The notes under the pieces were generated by a model. The model saw nothing but the letters and a program-made list of their open reading frames with translations, did no database searches and was not told the DNA's origin. A DNA stretch of 33,788 bases, from the IMG/VR virus record IMGVR_UViG_2910170622_000001, positions 1 through 33,788 of that record, one strand, 5' to 3'. The position numbers and the translations under genes were made by a program. The DNA comes from a virus. Each line of letters starts with the position of its first letter. The first letter of the stretch is position 1. This document shows positions 26,713 through 33,788 of the stretch, piece after piece.

Positions 26713-26816
26713 TGTAGGAGTCCTTAAGATTGTTGGGTGCCCTGCAGTGTCGGGCTTCGTTCGGTCAGCGGTCTTTTGTTGCGTCGGTGGATGCGCTCGC
26801 TGCATTCCATGTGTCC

Positions 26817-26846
26817 AAACTATCAGCGCGACTACAATAGTGTCAA
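26817..26846 (-). promoter_or_regulatory. Sigma70-like promoter TTGACA-18-TAGTTT
   Basis: Consensus -35 at 26846-26841 and -10 at 26822-26817, upstream of the 26712 ORF. Confidence 0.6.
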
Positions 26847-26868
26847 TGTGATTCACAGGAACTTCACC

Positions 26869-27096
26869 ATGTCCGACGCAAGCTTAAACAATCAGAAAGT
26901 GGAATATCCTTCTTACGTTTCAGGCGAGTCTGAATATGAAATAGATCTGGATAAATCTATAAGAGAAATGGTAGAGCGTCCGTGGGCTCCTCATCTCATA
27001 GAATCTCTCGAACTAGAAGACGGTGACGACATGTGGCTAGTGTGGCTAAACCTTGCCGACAAAGCAGAAGCGATCGCCAAAGAGCGAGGACGTTAA
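26869..27096 (+). CDS. Small acidic hypothetical protein (MSDASLNN)
   Basis: AGGA RBS; next gene starts 2 nt after its stop. Confidence 0.6.
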   Translation: MSDASLNNQKVEYPSYVSGESEYEIDLDKSIREMVERPWAPHLIESLELEDGDDMWLVWLNLADKAEAIAKERGR

Positions 27097-27098
27097 CA

Positions 27099-27461
27099 AT
27101 GGAAGTCACAGAAGACAAGCGTAACGCCTATCAGAAGCAGTGGGAAGCGATGAGCGATCGTGAGCAGCACGCTGTCCGGCTAGTAGAGATGGCGCATCAG
27201 ATGCTTGAAACTTTTGAAGATGGCAAGACGATCGCTTGGATACAAGAGTTTTTCTCAAAAGTCCCTGAACTTACTTTTTCAGTATCAGAGATTGAGTTTG
27301 CTATGATGCACGCTTTGAAAGCTAGGCAAGCAGCACTTAAGGCAATCTGGAAAAAGCTATATAGCCGTGAAAGTCTTGCAACGGCAATGATTGAGCAGCA
27401 AGCACACCAAGAAGCGATCGCCCAGCGCATCAAGGATGAGAAAGAGGAAGCTACATCGTGA
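27099..27461 (+). CDS. Helical hypothetical protein (MEVTEDKR)
   Basis: GAGGA RBS; GTGA coupling to next gene. Confidence 0.65.
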   Translation: MEVTEDKRNAYQKQWEAMSDREQHAVRLVEMAHQMLETFEDGKTIAWIQEFFSKVPELTFSVSEIEFAMMHALKARQAALKAIWKKLYSRESLATAMIEQQAHQEAIAQRIKDEKEEATS

Positions 27462-27877
27462 CAAATGGTTTCTTCCAAAAGATAACGGGTCCAGAGTTTG
27501 ACGGCATCATGCAAAGCGTTGGGATGCGACCGGAACAGGTACGCTATGGCGAAACTAAAGTTATCAAACCTGTGCCACTGTTGACCATTTCAGGTTTAGT
27601 CAACATCACCGCAATTCAAGCTCCTGGTCTAACAGATGGCGGCGAATATGTGCAGGCTTACGAGGCATCCATTCCACTGTCTACACTGACGCGATCGTTC
27701 GGGCGTGACGGCTGGCAAAGCGCGATCGCTCCTGGTCAGATTTGGTACGTGAATCTAGGCGACGGTACTGGGTGGAGACGATGCCGCACGTATGCTGAAG
27801 CTACGACAGGCGTAGGGATGCGCTACGGGGTGAAGTTGGCAGAAATGGGGCTAGGTGACTGGCAGACAGCGATTTAA
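27458..27877 (+). CDS. Putative head-closure/neck protein
   Basis: Size, beta-rich sequence and position ahead of the tail-completion-like gene; the function is inference. Confidence 0.45.
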   Translation: MTNGFFQKITGPEFDGIMQSVGMRPEQVRYGETKVIKPVPLLTISGLVNITAIQAPGLTDGGEYVQAYEASIPLSTLTRSFGRDGWQSAIAPGQIWYVNLGDGTGWRRCRTYAEATTGVGMRYGVKLAEMGLGDWQTAI

Positions 27878-27888
27878 GGAGAGAGCTT

Positions 27889-28041
27889 ATGCTTCGTTTT
27901 AAGTGGTTCAGAAAATGGCTTGGCGGGACTTGGTATCTCTGTGAGTACCCTGGATACGACTGTGGCGGCATCTACATCTGGAGGAAAGCGCCACACCACA
28001 ACGAGATTGTTGTTCAAAGGGAGCATTACGACAGTGTTTGA
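27889..28041 (+). CDS. 50-aa aromatic-rich protein MLRFKWFRKWLGGTWYLCEY..., not in the ORF track
   Basis: Strong AAGGAGAG RBS; its end overlaps the GTG of the next gene. Confidence 0.7.
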   Translation: MLRFKWFRKWLGGTWYLCEYPGYDCGGIYIWRKAPHHNEIVVQREHYDSV

Positions 28042-28495
28042 AATCTCCCTAACTCTTAACCCACAGCAGTTAGCCGATCTAGAAAGGACGATCGCGCAAC
28101 TCAGCAACAACTCATGGATCGCCACAGCGCTACGGGGCATGATTCCAGAGTTAGAGCAAATCAACCGTACTCAGGCAGGTTTGGTCTCGCAACTGCCCTA
28201 CTCAGAAGGGTATGAGGGCAGGCTCAAGCCATCACGCAAAAACACAGCCATACAGGGCGATGGTAAATTTGCACAGGACACACTAGGGCTTGTCGCTGAT
28301 ACCGTCTCTAATTGGGTGATAGAGGGTGATAACGATACTTTAGCCAACTTCTCAGACAGGGCTTATGCTGGTAGGCAACAGGCGATCGCTGAGAGTAAGG
28401 GCGTAGCGGGTGGTTTCTATGCCGATGACGAAACTTATTTTAGGCTGATGGAACTAGCGATCGGTGATGGCGCTGAAACTATTTGGAGAGAGTAA
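28034..28495 (+). CDS. Putative tail-completion / virion morphogenesis (HK97 gp10/gpS-like) protein; GTG start
   Basis: QDTLGL...SDRAYAGRQQ resembles the DTG.L...YA..HQ motif. Confidence 0.5.
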   Translation: MFEISLTLNPQQLADLERTIAQLSNNSWIATALRGMIPELEQINRTQAGLVSQLPYSEGYEGRLKPSRKNTAIQGDGKFAQDTLGLVADTVSNWVIEGDNDTLANFSDRAYAGRQQAIAESKGVAGGFYADDETYFRLMELAIGDGAETIWRE

Positions 28496-28740
28496 TGGAC
28501 ACTGACAGCGTGGATCAGTATCAATTAGAGATCAGTTTTAAGAACAATTATGACAGTGATTTCACCATCGACATTGCGCCACCAACCAAAGATTCAGTTA
28601 AAGCGCTTTGCAACAGTTTTAATGAGTCGGTGCAAACTGGTGGATTCGTAGAAGTCCATGACATTCACGGACAAAGTTTTTTGGTTAAAGGTGCTGAAGT
28701 AGTGCGGGTTTGGTTCGCGAAGGTTTCACAGGACAATTAA
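28495..28740 (+). CDS. Small hypothetical protein (MDTDSVDQ)
   Basis: GGAGAG RBS and TAATG coupling. Confidence 0.6.
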   Translation: MDTDSVDQYQLEISFKNNYDSDFTIDIAPPTKDSVKALCNSFNESVQTGGFVEVHDIHGQSFLVKGAEVVRVWFAKVSQDN

Positions 28741-29226
28741 ATGCCAGTAGCAATACTCGAACATCCCATCACCGCAGTTCTGACCAAAACCACAGAACCA
28801 CTAGGACTGCTACCCTACCTCGATCGGCGCTTTGAGGCAGATTGGCAACGCTTCCAGGTGAAAAACTACGGCTTCCAAGGCGCTGGCAATTTCGATCCCT
28901 CAGTCAACGGCTCAGGCTATCGAGTGCGAGAAGATGATTCTGTAGGCTCAACTGCACACCGTGCTACTTACACATCTTCTGTTTTATTGGGCAAGATATT
29001 CCCGTTAATCGGTGTAAACGATCAACAGGTTTCTGCTAACGTCAGCTACTCAGTGGATAAGGCAATTAGAGCGTGGTTGTGCCAAGCATCAGGCGTTGTG
29101 ACAGGTGCAGAGTTACAGATTCAGTGCAGCAGAGCGATCGAGTCTGATAAAAATATTAGTGCTAGCAACGTTAGAGCTAAATGGCACGTATTGATCTGGA
29201 GCTTTCAGCTGGCGGTTTACGGTTGA
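28741..29226 (+). CDS. Putative tail terminator-like protein
   Basis: Size and position between neck genes and the tail tube candidate; the function is inference. Confidence 0.4.
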   Translation: MPVAILEHPITAVLTKTTEPLGLLPYLDRRFEADWQRFQVKNYGFQGAGNFDPSVNGSGYRVREDDSVGSTAHRATYTSSVLLGKIFPLIGVNDQQVSANVSYSVDKAIRAWLCQASGVVTGAELQIQCSRAIESDKNISASNVRAKWHVLIWSFQLAVYG

Positions 29227-29231
29227 TCACC

Positions 29232-29417
29232 TTAGAATCTCACCTCGCCGCCAAACTTTTCTAGGAACAATAAGAAGCGATCGGCGCTCATCTTGCGCTT
29301 GCCATTGACGTATAGGTTGATGGTCGGTTGCTTCACGCCTAGAAAGATTGCAGCTTCGCCCTGCGTCATGTTTCTAGCTGCCAATAGCCTTCCAAGTAAC
29401 TCGCCTGAGAAATCCAT
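29232..29417 (-). CDS. Small XRE/Cro-like HTH protein
   Basis: MTQGEAAIFLGVKQPTINLYVNGKRK. Confidence 0.85.
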   Translation of the reverse strand: MDFSGELLGRLLAARNMTQGEAAIFLGVKQPTINLYVNGKRKMSADRFLLFLEKFGGEVRF

Positions 29418-29509
29418 AACGGAAGCGTTATATCACCCCTCTAGTTTACTCAGTCAAGGGCTTAATGGAAGTAACTCTCCTGCTTTAGCCCTCCTAGACT
29501 GGCTTCCAC

Positions 29510-29800
29510 ATGAAAATACCCGCTACAGAAGTCAAGACAACTACAAAAGATGTTGAGCTTGATGTCAAAGCCGTTTACAAAGAGCCGCATTTAACCGTCA
29601 CCGTGGATGGTTTGGAAGTTTTAACACTCACAGTCTCCGCTAGCACATCGCGTTCCGCATCGGGTGCTGACGACATTCTCGATCTGCGCCTGAGCATTTC
29701 TGAGGAGGAAAGCCTTCTCAAACAAATCCATTTGCCATCACTCAAAGCTGAACAAAAGCACGAGAAGGAAGCAGTAACTCACCCAACGACAGGAGCTTAA
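29510..29800 (+). CDS. Hypothetical protein
   Basis: ORF directly upstream of the tail tube candidate. Confidence 0.6.
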   Translation: MKIPATEVKTTTKDVELDVKAVYKEPHLTVTVDGLEVLTLTVSASTSRSASGADDILDLRLSISEEESLLKQIHLPSLKAEQKHEKEAVTHPTTGA

Positions 29801-29803
29801 CAA

Positions 29804-30595
29804 ATGCCCGGTGATGTCATTCAAAAAGTGGTGAAAGGCTTAGTCCGTACTGCTGTACGTGACAATAGCAACCCCTTAGCACCAGTAACATTGCTCCTGC
29901 CAACAGCTTCTCAGATTACCTACGACACAGGGATTGAGTTAGCCGACCTAGAAGGCGTTTCTTGCCAAGGCGTGAAGATTACCCGATCGCGCTATCCAAC
30001 CAGTGAAAAGCCAAAGGTCAACTTGACGTTTCCCAACACACCAGAAACGATCGCCCTCAAGTTGAACCGTAAGTTTGTTACAAGAACAGCAGTCAGCAGC
30101 AGTATTTTTCAGTCTGATTTTATCGTCCCACCTGATGGGATTGTGGCAGCAAAGCCGATCGGTACGCTAGGTAACGGTGTTGCGGCGGATGCTGTCTCTA
30201 AGGCTTGGCAACTGAACGCTGCTGGTATTACTGATCAAACGGCACTCACACAAGGCACGTTTGCAGGCTTTGACGCTGCCACCACTCCGCTAGGTTTTGC
30301 GATCGGTGCTGACAACGCCCAAAAATGGGGTTCTGGACTTTGGAACAGTACCGTCTCGTTTGAAATCCCCACCGTGATTGCTTCGTTGTCTTCACTTGGC
30401 ACCATCCCATATTCTGCGTTGAATCTGCGGTTAGCCTTCGTGACGATCGACGGTAAATCGTTGCTGACCATTAGTTTTGGGCAGGTATCAGTTGACTCTA
30501 CAGGCTCCATCAACTTCGGTGAGGGTCAGACAGAGGTAGGGTTCTTTGCTGGCAGTCCTGAGATTGATCTGATTCCACTCTCTAACTTCTGTTAA
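29804..30595 (+). CDS. Putative major tail tube protein
   Basis: 263 aa, Thr/Gly/Ala-rich and beta-rich, AGGAG RBS, followed by two chaperone-sized genes. Confidence 0.6.
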   Translation: MPGDVIQKVVKGLVRTAVRDNSNPLAPVTLLLPTASQITYDTGIELADLEGVSCQGVKITRSRYPTSEKPKVNLTFPNTPETIALKLNRKFVTRTAVSSSIFQSDFIVPPDGIVAAKPIGTLGNGVAADAVSKAWQLNAAGITDQTALTQGTFAGFDAATTPLGFAIGADNAQKWGSGLWNSTVSFEIPTVIASLSSLGTIPYSALNLRLAFVTIDGKSLLTISFGQVSVDSTGSINFGEGQTEVGFFAGSPEIDLIPLSNFC

Positions 30596-30598
30596 TAA

Positions 30599-31261
30599 AT
30601 GCGCCATCTAGTCGTCACTTACGGCGATGGCACGATCGCCATTCTTTATCCAGTGGCGCGAAACCAACTGTCTCTGCTTGATTTGCTCACGCAGAGACTT
30701 TTGCAATTATGGATTGAAAAAGAATGCAAGAGCGCGGTTCTGGTCGCTTCTGTTGATGGTTGGCAACTGATTGAAGCGATCGGCAAGCTTATCCGCTCAC
30801 ACAAGTTACTGCCGTTCAAATTGGCACCGCTCAAAACAGACGTAGACCTTGTACAGCGGTTGTTTCTGGCAAATGGCGAGAAGCTAGATCAAGCGGGTGA
30901 GTTAGTGCAACTGCATCTCTATGAGCCGCATAAGCGTAAACAGACTGCCGATGATGGTGTGCCAACGCTTCAGAACTTGCCCTTTCCAACCTGTGGCAAT
31001 AACGACAATGACACGATCGGCAACCTCTTAACACTGTGGCAACCATCCGAAGTGGAGCGGTTGATGGGATGGCTAGATGCTGAGTCGATCGACCAAGTGA
31101 TGCACGTTTTCAGCGAACTGAACAGGGGTGAGGAACGGTTAGAGGAGTTTATACACGAGCGCGATCGGCGCTTGCTAGAGGCAAATAGAAAGATTCTGAA
31201 TGAGGCACTGGGCTTGCCTTCCTACTATGTCGGCTTAGGAGATGACGACGATGCAGATTAA
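30599..31261 (+). CDS. Putative tail assembly chaperone-like protein
   Basis: Helical and acidic; directly after the tube candidate. Confidence 0.45.
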   Translation: MRHLVVTYGDGTIAILYPVARNQLSLLDLLTQRLLQLWIEKECKSAVLVASVDGWQLIEAIGKLIRSHKLLPFKLAPLKTDVDLVQRLFLANGEKLDQAGELVQLHLYEPHKRKQTADDGVPTLQNLPFPTCGNNDNDTIGNLLTLWQPSEVERLMGWLDAESIDQVMHVFSELNRGEERLEEFIHERDRRLLEANRKILNEALGLPSYYVGLGDDDDAD

Positions 31262-31682
31262 GTTACGCGATCGCACCTATGAAGCAAACGACCTGACAGG
31301 ATTGAAGATTATCCCGCTCGCGTCTGTGTTGGGGATGGATGCCAAAGGACAGCCGATCGATTTGTCAACGATGAGAGAGGCTGAACGAGCCACCTATGCC
31401 GCCTTAGTCCTGCAACGTCTATCAGAACCATCAAACCATCATCGCATTGCCTACAGCCTCAAGGCGATCGTGCCTGACATTGACCCTGATCTATGCAGCT
31501 ACGAGCTAGTGTTGCTGCCCAACGGCTCACGACAAGAACTGGTCACGCTCGATCTAGAGCTTGAAGAGTTGATCAATGTCTTTGCTCAGTTGCAAGGCGT
31601 TGAACTAGAGCCTGAGACAGTGCCTCAACGCAACGGGTTTCAGAAACCACGTCCTGTAGTGGTTGGCGATCGTCGCCGTTGA
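31251..31682 (+). CDS. Putative tail assembly chaperone-like protein (start MQIKLRD)
   Basis: AGGAG RBS upstream of ATG at 31251; acidic and helical. Confidence 0.45.
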   Translation: MQIKLRDRTYEANDLTGLKIIPLASVLGMDAKGQPIDLSTMREAERATYAALVLQRLSEPSNHHRIAYSLKAIVPDIDPDLCSYELVLLPNGSRQELVTLDLELEELINVFAQLQGVELEPETVPQRNGFQKPRPVVVGDRRR

Positions 31683-31700
31683 TCGTTTGTATTGACAACG

Positions 31701-31739
31701 AAAAAGCAGCGTATGATTGCGAGTCATACGCTGCTTTTT
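31701..31739. terminator. Bidirectional intrinsic terminator
   Basis: Perfect 16-bp inverted repeat AAAAAGCAGCGTATGA / TCATACGCTGCTTTTT between convergent genes. Confidence 0.85.
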
Positions 31740-31763
31740 GTCTATGGACTTATTCGGCTGGAC

Positions 31764-32288
31764 CTAACAAGCGCAACGGCTCAAAGAGTCTTCGTAAATA
31801 AGCGTGTCATCCTCGCTGGTATTGACAGCTTCCATCGGAGTTTTTTGAAAGCTATAAGAAAGGTCGTAGCGCCATCCTGGGGCTGAATTATGTCTTAGAG
31901 ACTCAAGCGGATTTTCGTAAGCCATGCCTGTAATGATGCCTTTGTGTTTGCCGTAACAAGCCTCTTCAAACAGGCTAAACTTCGGTGTCGGCACAGACTC
32001 AGGAATAGTGATGCTGATTTGATTGGGTTGGGTCATGGGGCTTTCTCCAATGAGTTCAATATCGTTTTCTGGCACAGCGTCAGCGAACACTCGCGAATTG
32101 TAGAACTGGACGTGATAGGTGAAACCAGGATCGTAATGGTGGCGATCGCTGCTGTAGTCGGTATAGGTAAGCGCAATGATCACGCCTTGCTCGACTACCA
32201 TTTCCCTAGTGTCATCAGTACGCCATGAGGTTTGAATGTGCTGACCCGCTTTGTACTTCGGTTGCGGGAATTGGTACTCTTTAGACAC
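31764..32288 (-). CDS. Protein with two tandem SH3-like (DUF1392-like) domains; GTG start, internal ATG with RBS
   Basis: Two copies of P.PK(Y/F)...G.I.(G/A)..Y...PG(F/W).Y. Confidence 0.65.
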   Translation of the reverse strand: MSKEYQFPQPKYKAGQHIQTSWRTDDTREMVVEQGVIIALTYTDYSSDRHHYDPGFTYHVQFYNSRVFADAVPENDIELIGESPMTQPNQISITIPESVPTPKFSLFEEACYGKHKGIITGMAYENPLESLRHNSAPGWRYDLSYSFQKTPMEAVNTSEDDTLIYEDSLSRCAC

Positions 32289-32589
32289 AAAGCGCCTCCT
32301 CAGCCAGGAAAAGCTCATTTTCATCGACTAGCTCGATAGCGTAACCACCAAAAAGGATGCTGTAGCTAAAGCCAGAAGAGGGTGCATAACCACTACGCGA
32401 AGTGCATTCGTAGTCGCCTGAAATGTAAGCAAAGCCTTGCACAATGCCGCGATCGATTGACATTTCTTTTGTCTCCTCGTCAATAATCCAACGAGTTTCA
32501 ACACATTGACCGATCTTGAATTTGGGTTGAAGTGCAGGCAATCGACGCATTCTGCGATCGCGTTTTGTTACTGGATAAAGTTTATGCAT
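32281..32589 (-). CDS. SH3-like (DUF1392-like) small protein, paralogue of the downstream domains
   Basis: QPKFKIGQCVETRW...DRGIVQGFAY...SGFSYSI. Confidence 0.65.
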   Translation of the reverse strand: MHKLYPVTKRDRRMRRLPALQPKFKIGQCVETRWIIDEETKEMSIDRGIVQGFAYISGDYECTSRSGYAPSSGFSYSILFGGYAIELVDENELFLAEEALCV

Positions 32590-32620
32590 GGTTCTAAGTC
32601 CTTCTAAAGTGCAGTGGGTT

Positions 32621-32640
32621 AAGAAGGGGCGTAGCGCCCC
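32621..32640 (-). terminator. Possible weak terminator GGGGCG-CTA-CGCCCC-TTCTT
   Basis: 6-bp GC stem and short U tail downstream of the 32661 ORF. Confidence 0.45.
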
Positions 32641-32660
32641 GTTGCAGCAGGTAGAAAGGA

Positions 32661-32945
32661 TTAGAACGGATCGCTTAGTAGCTCAAAATTAGACTCAGGA
32701 TCGAGCGTATAGCCTGTCAGCTTGTAAAGGTCACGCAGATAAGCAACCTCGCGCAACACGTCGCAGAAGCTATCAGAGAGCGTCACCACGTCTAGCTTCA
32801 TGGAGCGATCGAGCTTGTGGTTGATCAGCGTCACCCGATGAATGTACTGGCGTGGTTCGCTGATACCGAGGAAAGCGAAGAGGGCGCGATCGGTCTTGCT
32901 AGGGGCGGTTTCTACGGTGTTGGAGGAAAGGAGTTGAGGTGACAT
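32661..32945 (-). CDS. Hypothetical early protein
   Basis: First gene divergent from the repressor. Confidence 0.65.
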   Translation of the reverse strand: MSPQLLSSNTVETAPSKTDRALFAFLGISEPRQYIHRVTLINHKLDRSMKLDVVTLSDSFCDVLREVAYLRDLYKLTGYTLDPESNFELLSDPF

Positions 32946-32965
32946 AATGGGCTAAGGTTCCTTAA

Positions 32966-33097
32966 CTAAGCAGTTTGGACTCTATGGGCGGTTAGCGGGT
33001 TTGCGAGACTCATTGCTAATCGCCCATAACTGTATTTAACCAAATCTGCTTAGACCTGTCAAGTTGACTTAGCTAATTGTTTTGGGTTAAATTGATT
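32966..33097. promoter_or_regulatory. Divergent promoter/operator region (genetic switch)
   Basis: Back-to-back -35 boxes (TTGACA minus 33062-33057, TTGACT plus 33064-33069), plus-strand -10 TAAATT 33088-33093, nested inverted repeats. Confidence 0.65.
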
Positions 33098-33367
33098 ATG
33101 TCAAAGAGAGATGAGGATGTAAAAGTGACTTCTAAACTGGCTGAGTACAGGAAGACCAAAGGGTTGAGTCAAGACGACTTGGCGCAAGCGTCGGGGCTTA
33201 CTAAGACCACTATTCAAAACTGGGAGAATGGGCGAAACCTTGGCGCAGTCCTGCGGGTTCTCAAGGTGTGCCAAGAACTCAATGTTGATATACGGCAACT
33301 TTTTGTAGTGATAGATACTGTAGACGAAGAGCCTGCTGGGTCGGCAGGAGGAGAGGATGGGCGGTAA
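33098..33367 (+). CDS. XRE-family repressor-like HTH protein (start MSKRDED)
   Basis: LAEYRKTKGLSQDDLAQASGLTKTTIQNWENG...CQELNVDIRQLF. Confidence 0.9.
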   Translation: MSKRDEDVKVTSKLAEYRKTKGLSQDDLAQASGLTKTTIQNWENGRNLGAVLRVLKVCQELNVDIRQLFVVIDTVDEEPAGSAGGEDGR

Positions 33368-33653
33368 GCTTTGGGAAGGATGGGAGATCCAAGTTCTTAG
33401 AGATTGTTGTGGCAAAATGCCGATCAAGTGAAGGCGGAGGGATGCAAAAGCATGCAACGATATGCAAAAAACATAGGAACCCTTAAGGGTTCGGTAAAAG
33501 TTTTTAAGCAAAAATCAGCCTCTCTAATCGGTGACTGCGATCACATCAAAGCATCTGACGTTACCGCTGAAGTCACCAGTTTTTTACTATCAGCATCATA
33601 CGATAGCGTATATACAAATCTTTACAAAGGACGTGATCCGCCACCCTGGTCAG

Positions 33654-33776
33654 TCATTTTCCTTTTGAATCATCACCATCTGTGCGCTCGTACCGAACTT
33701 TCGGGGGATCAGGTGTTGGCGGGGGCGGGGGTGGTTTAGGTTTGTCGTCCTGATTTGAATTTGAATTAGTAGTCAT
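33654..33776 (-). CDS. 40-aa proline-rich peptide MTTNSNSNQDDKPKPPPPPPTPDPPKVRYERTDGDDSKGK
   Basis: Open frame that explains the G-run at ~33700-33735; ATGA overlap downstream. Confidence 0.4.
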   Translation of the reverse strand: MTTNSNSNQDDKPKPPPPPPTPDPPKVRYERTDGDDSKGK

Positions 33777-33788
33777 GACTGAACATAA

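Larger units (their letters stand above)
1075..33788. mobile_element. Prophage (structural/late region and repressor switch); continues beyond the right edge; exact att not identified
   Basis: Terminase, portal, DUF2213-type protease, DUF2184-type capsid, DUF4054-type adaptor, tail-like genes and XRE repressor begin immediately after hisC. Confidence 0.93.

Noticed and set aside
31242-31261. Programmed G/GT-type frameshift between the chaperone-like genes
   Set aside because: No X XXY YYZ slippery heptamer near the junction, and the second gene has its own AGGAG RBS
31692-31717. TTGACA...TATGAT promoter and the 31692-31886 ORF
   Set aside because: The spacer is only 14 bp and the site lies within the terminator hairpin; the ORF runs through the terminator and antisense to a better gene
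33101-33739. ORFs 33101-33511 (-), 33279-33467 (-) and 33404-33739 (+)
   Set aside because: No recognisable motifs, weak starts, and overlap with the repressor or the Pro-rich ORF; the region may be degenerate
1-33788. tRNA, rRNA, integrase, endolysin/holin, MuF
   Set aside because: No supporting motifs recognised in this window

Overview
Cyanobacterial chromosome (frequent HIP1 octamer GCGATCGC). The housekeeping gene hisC (1-1074) is followed directly by the structural half of a large prophage that runs to the end of the window. Minus strand 1.1-12.9 kb: DUF2213-type prohead protease, separate acidic scaffold, cement protein, DUF2184-type major capsid, DUF4054-type head-tail adaptor, several beta-rich virion proteins, a beta-helix tailspike-like protein, and a small protein whose N-terminus resembles the CysRS anticodon-binding domain. 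Plus strand 13-31.7 kb: HTH, ParB-like protein, terS, terL, then the most unusual part. That part is a 1424-aa DUF1073-type portal fused to two R-S-E ADP-ribosyltransferase domains, a pyrophosphatase-like gene, a ~1620-aa polyprotein (2 GNAT, 2 ParB-like, 1 ART-like domain) and a probable immunity gene. The effector domains are separated by two reiterated modules (CGKGWxGxKPxGCTRA and DSxxPSTxxLISAIAKY). A [R/K/H]-x-D-[S/A/G] motif sits at the module boundaries and is also dense in the scaffold. I infer a capsid-packaged, maturation-protease-released effector cargo system. Neck/tail genes, small accessory genes and a divergent XRE repressor switch follow. I recognised no integrase, MuF, tape-measure or lysis gene in the window. 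All family calls are from motif recognition by eye, not database searches.
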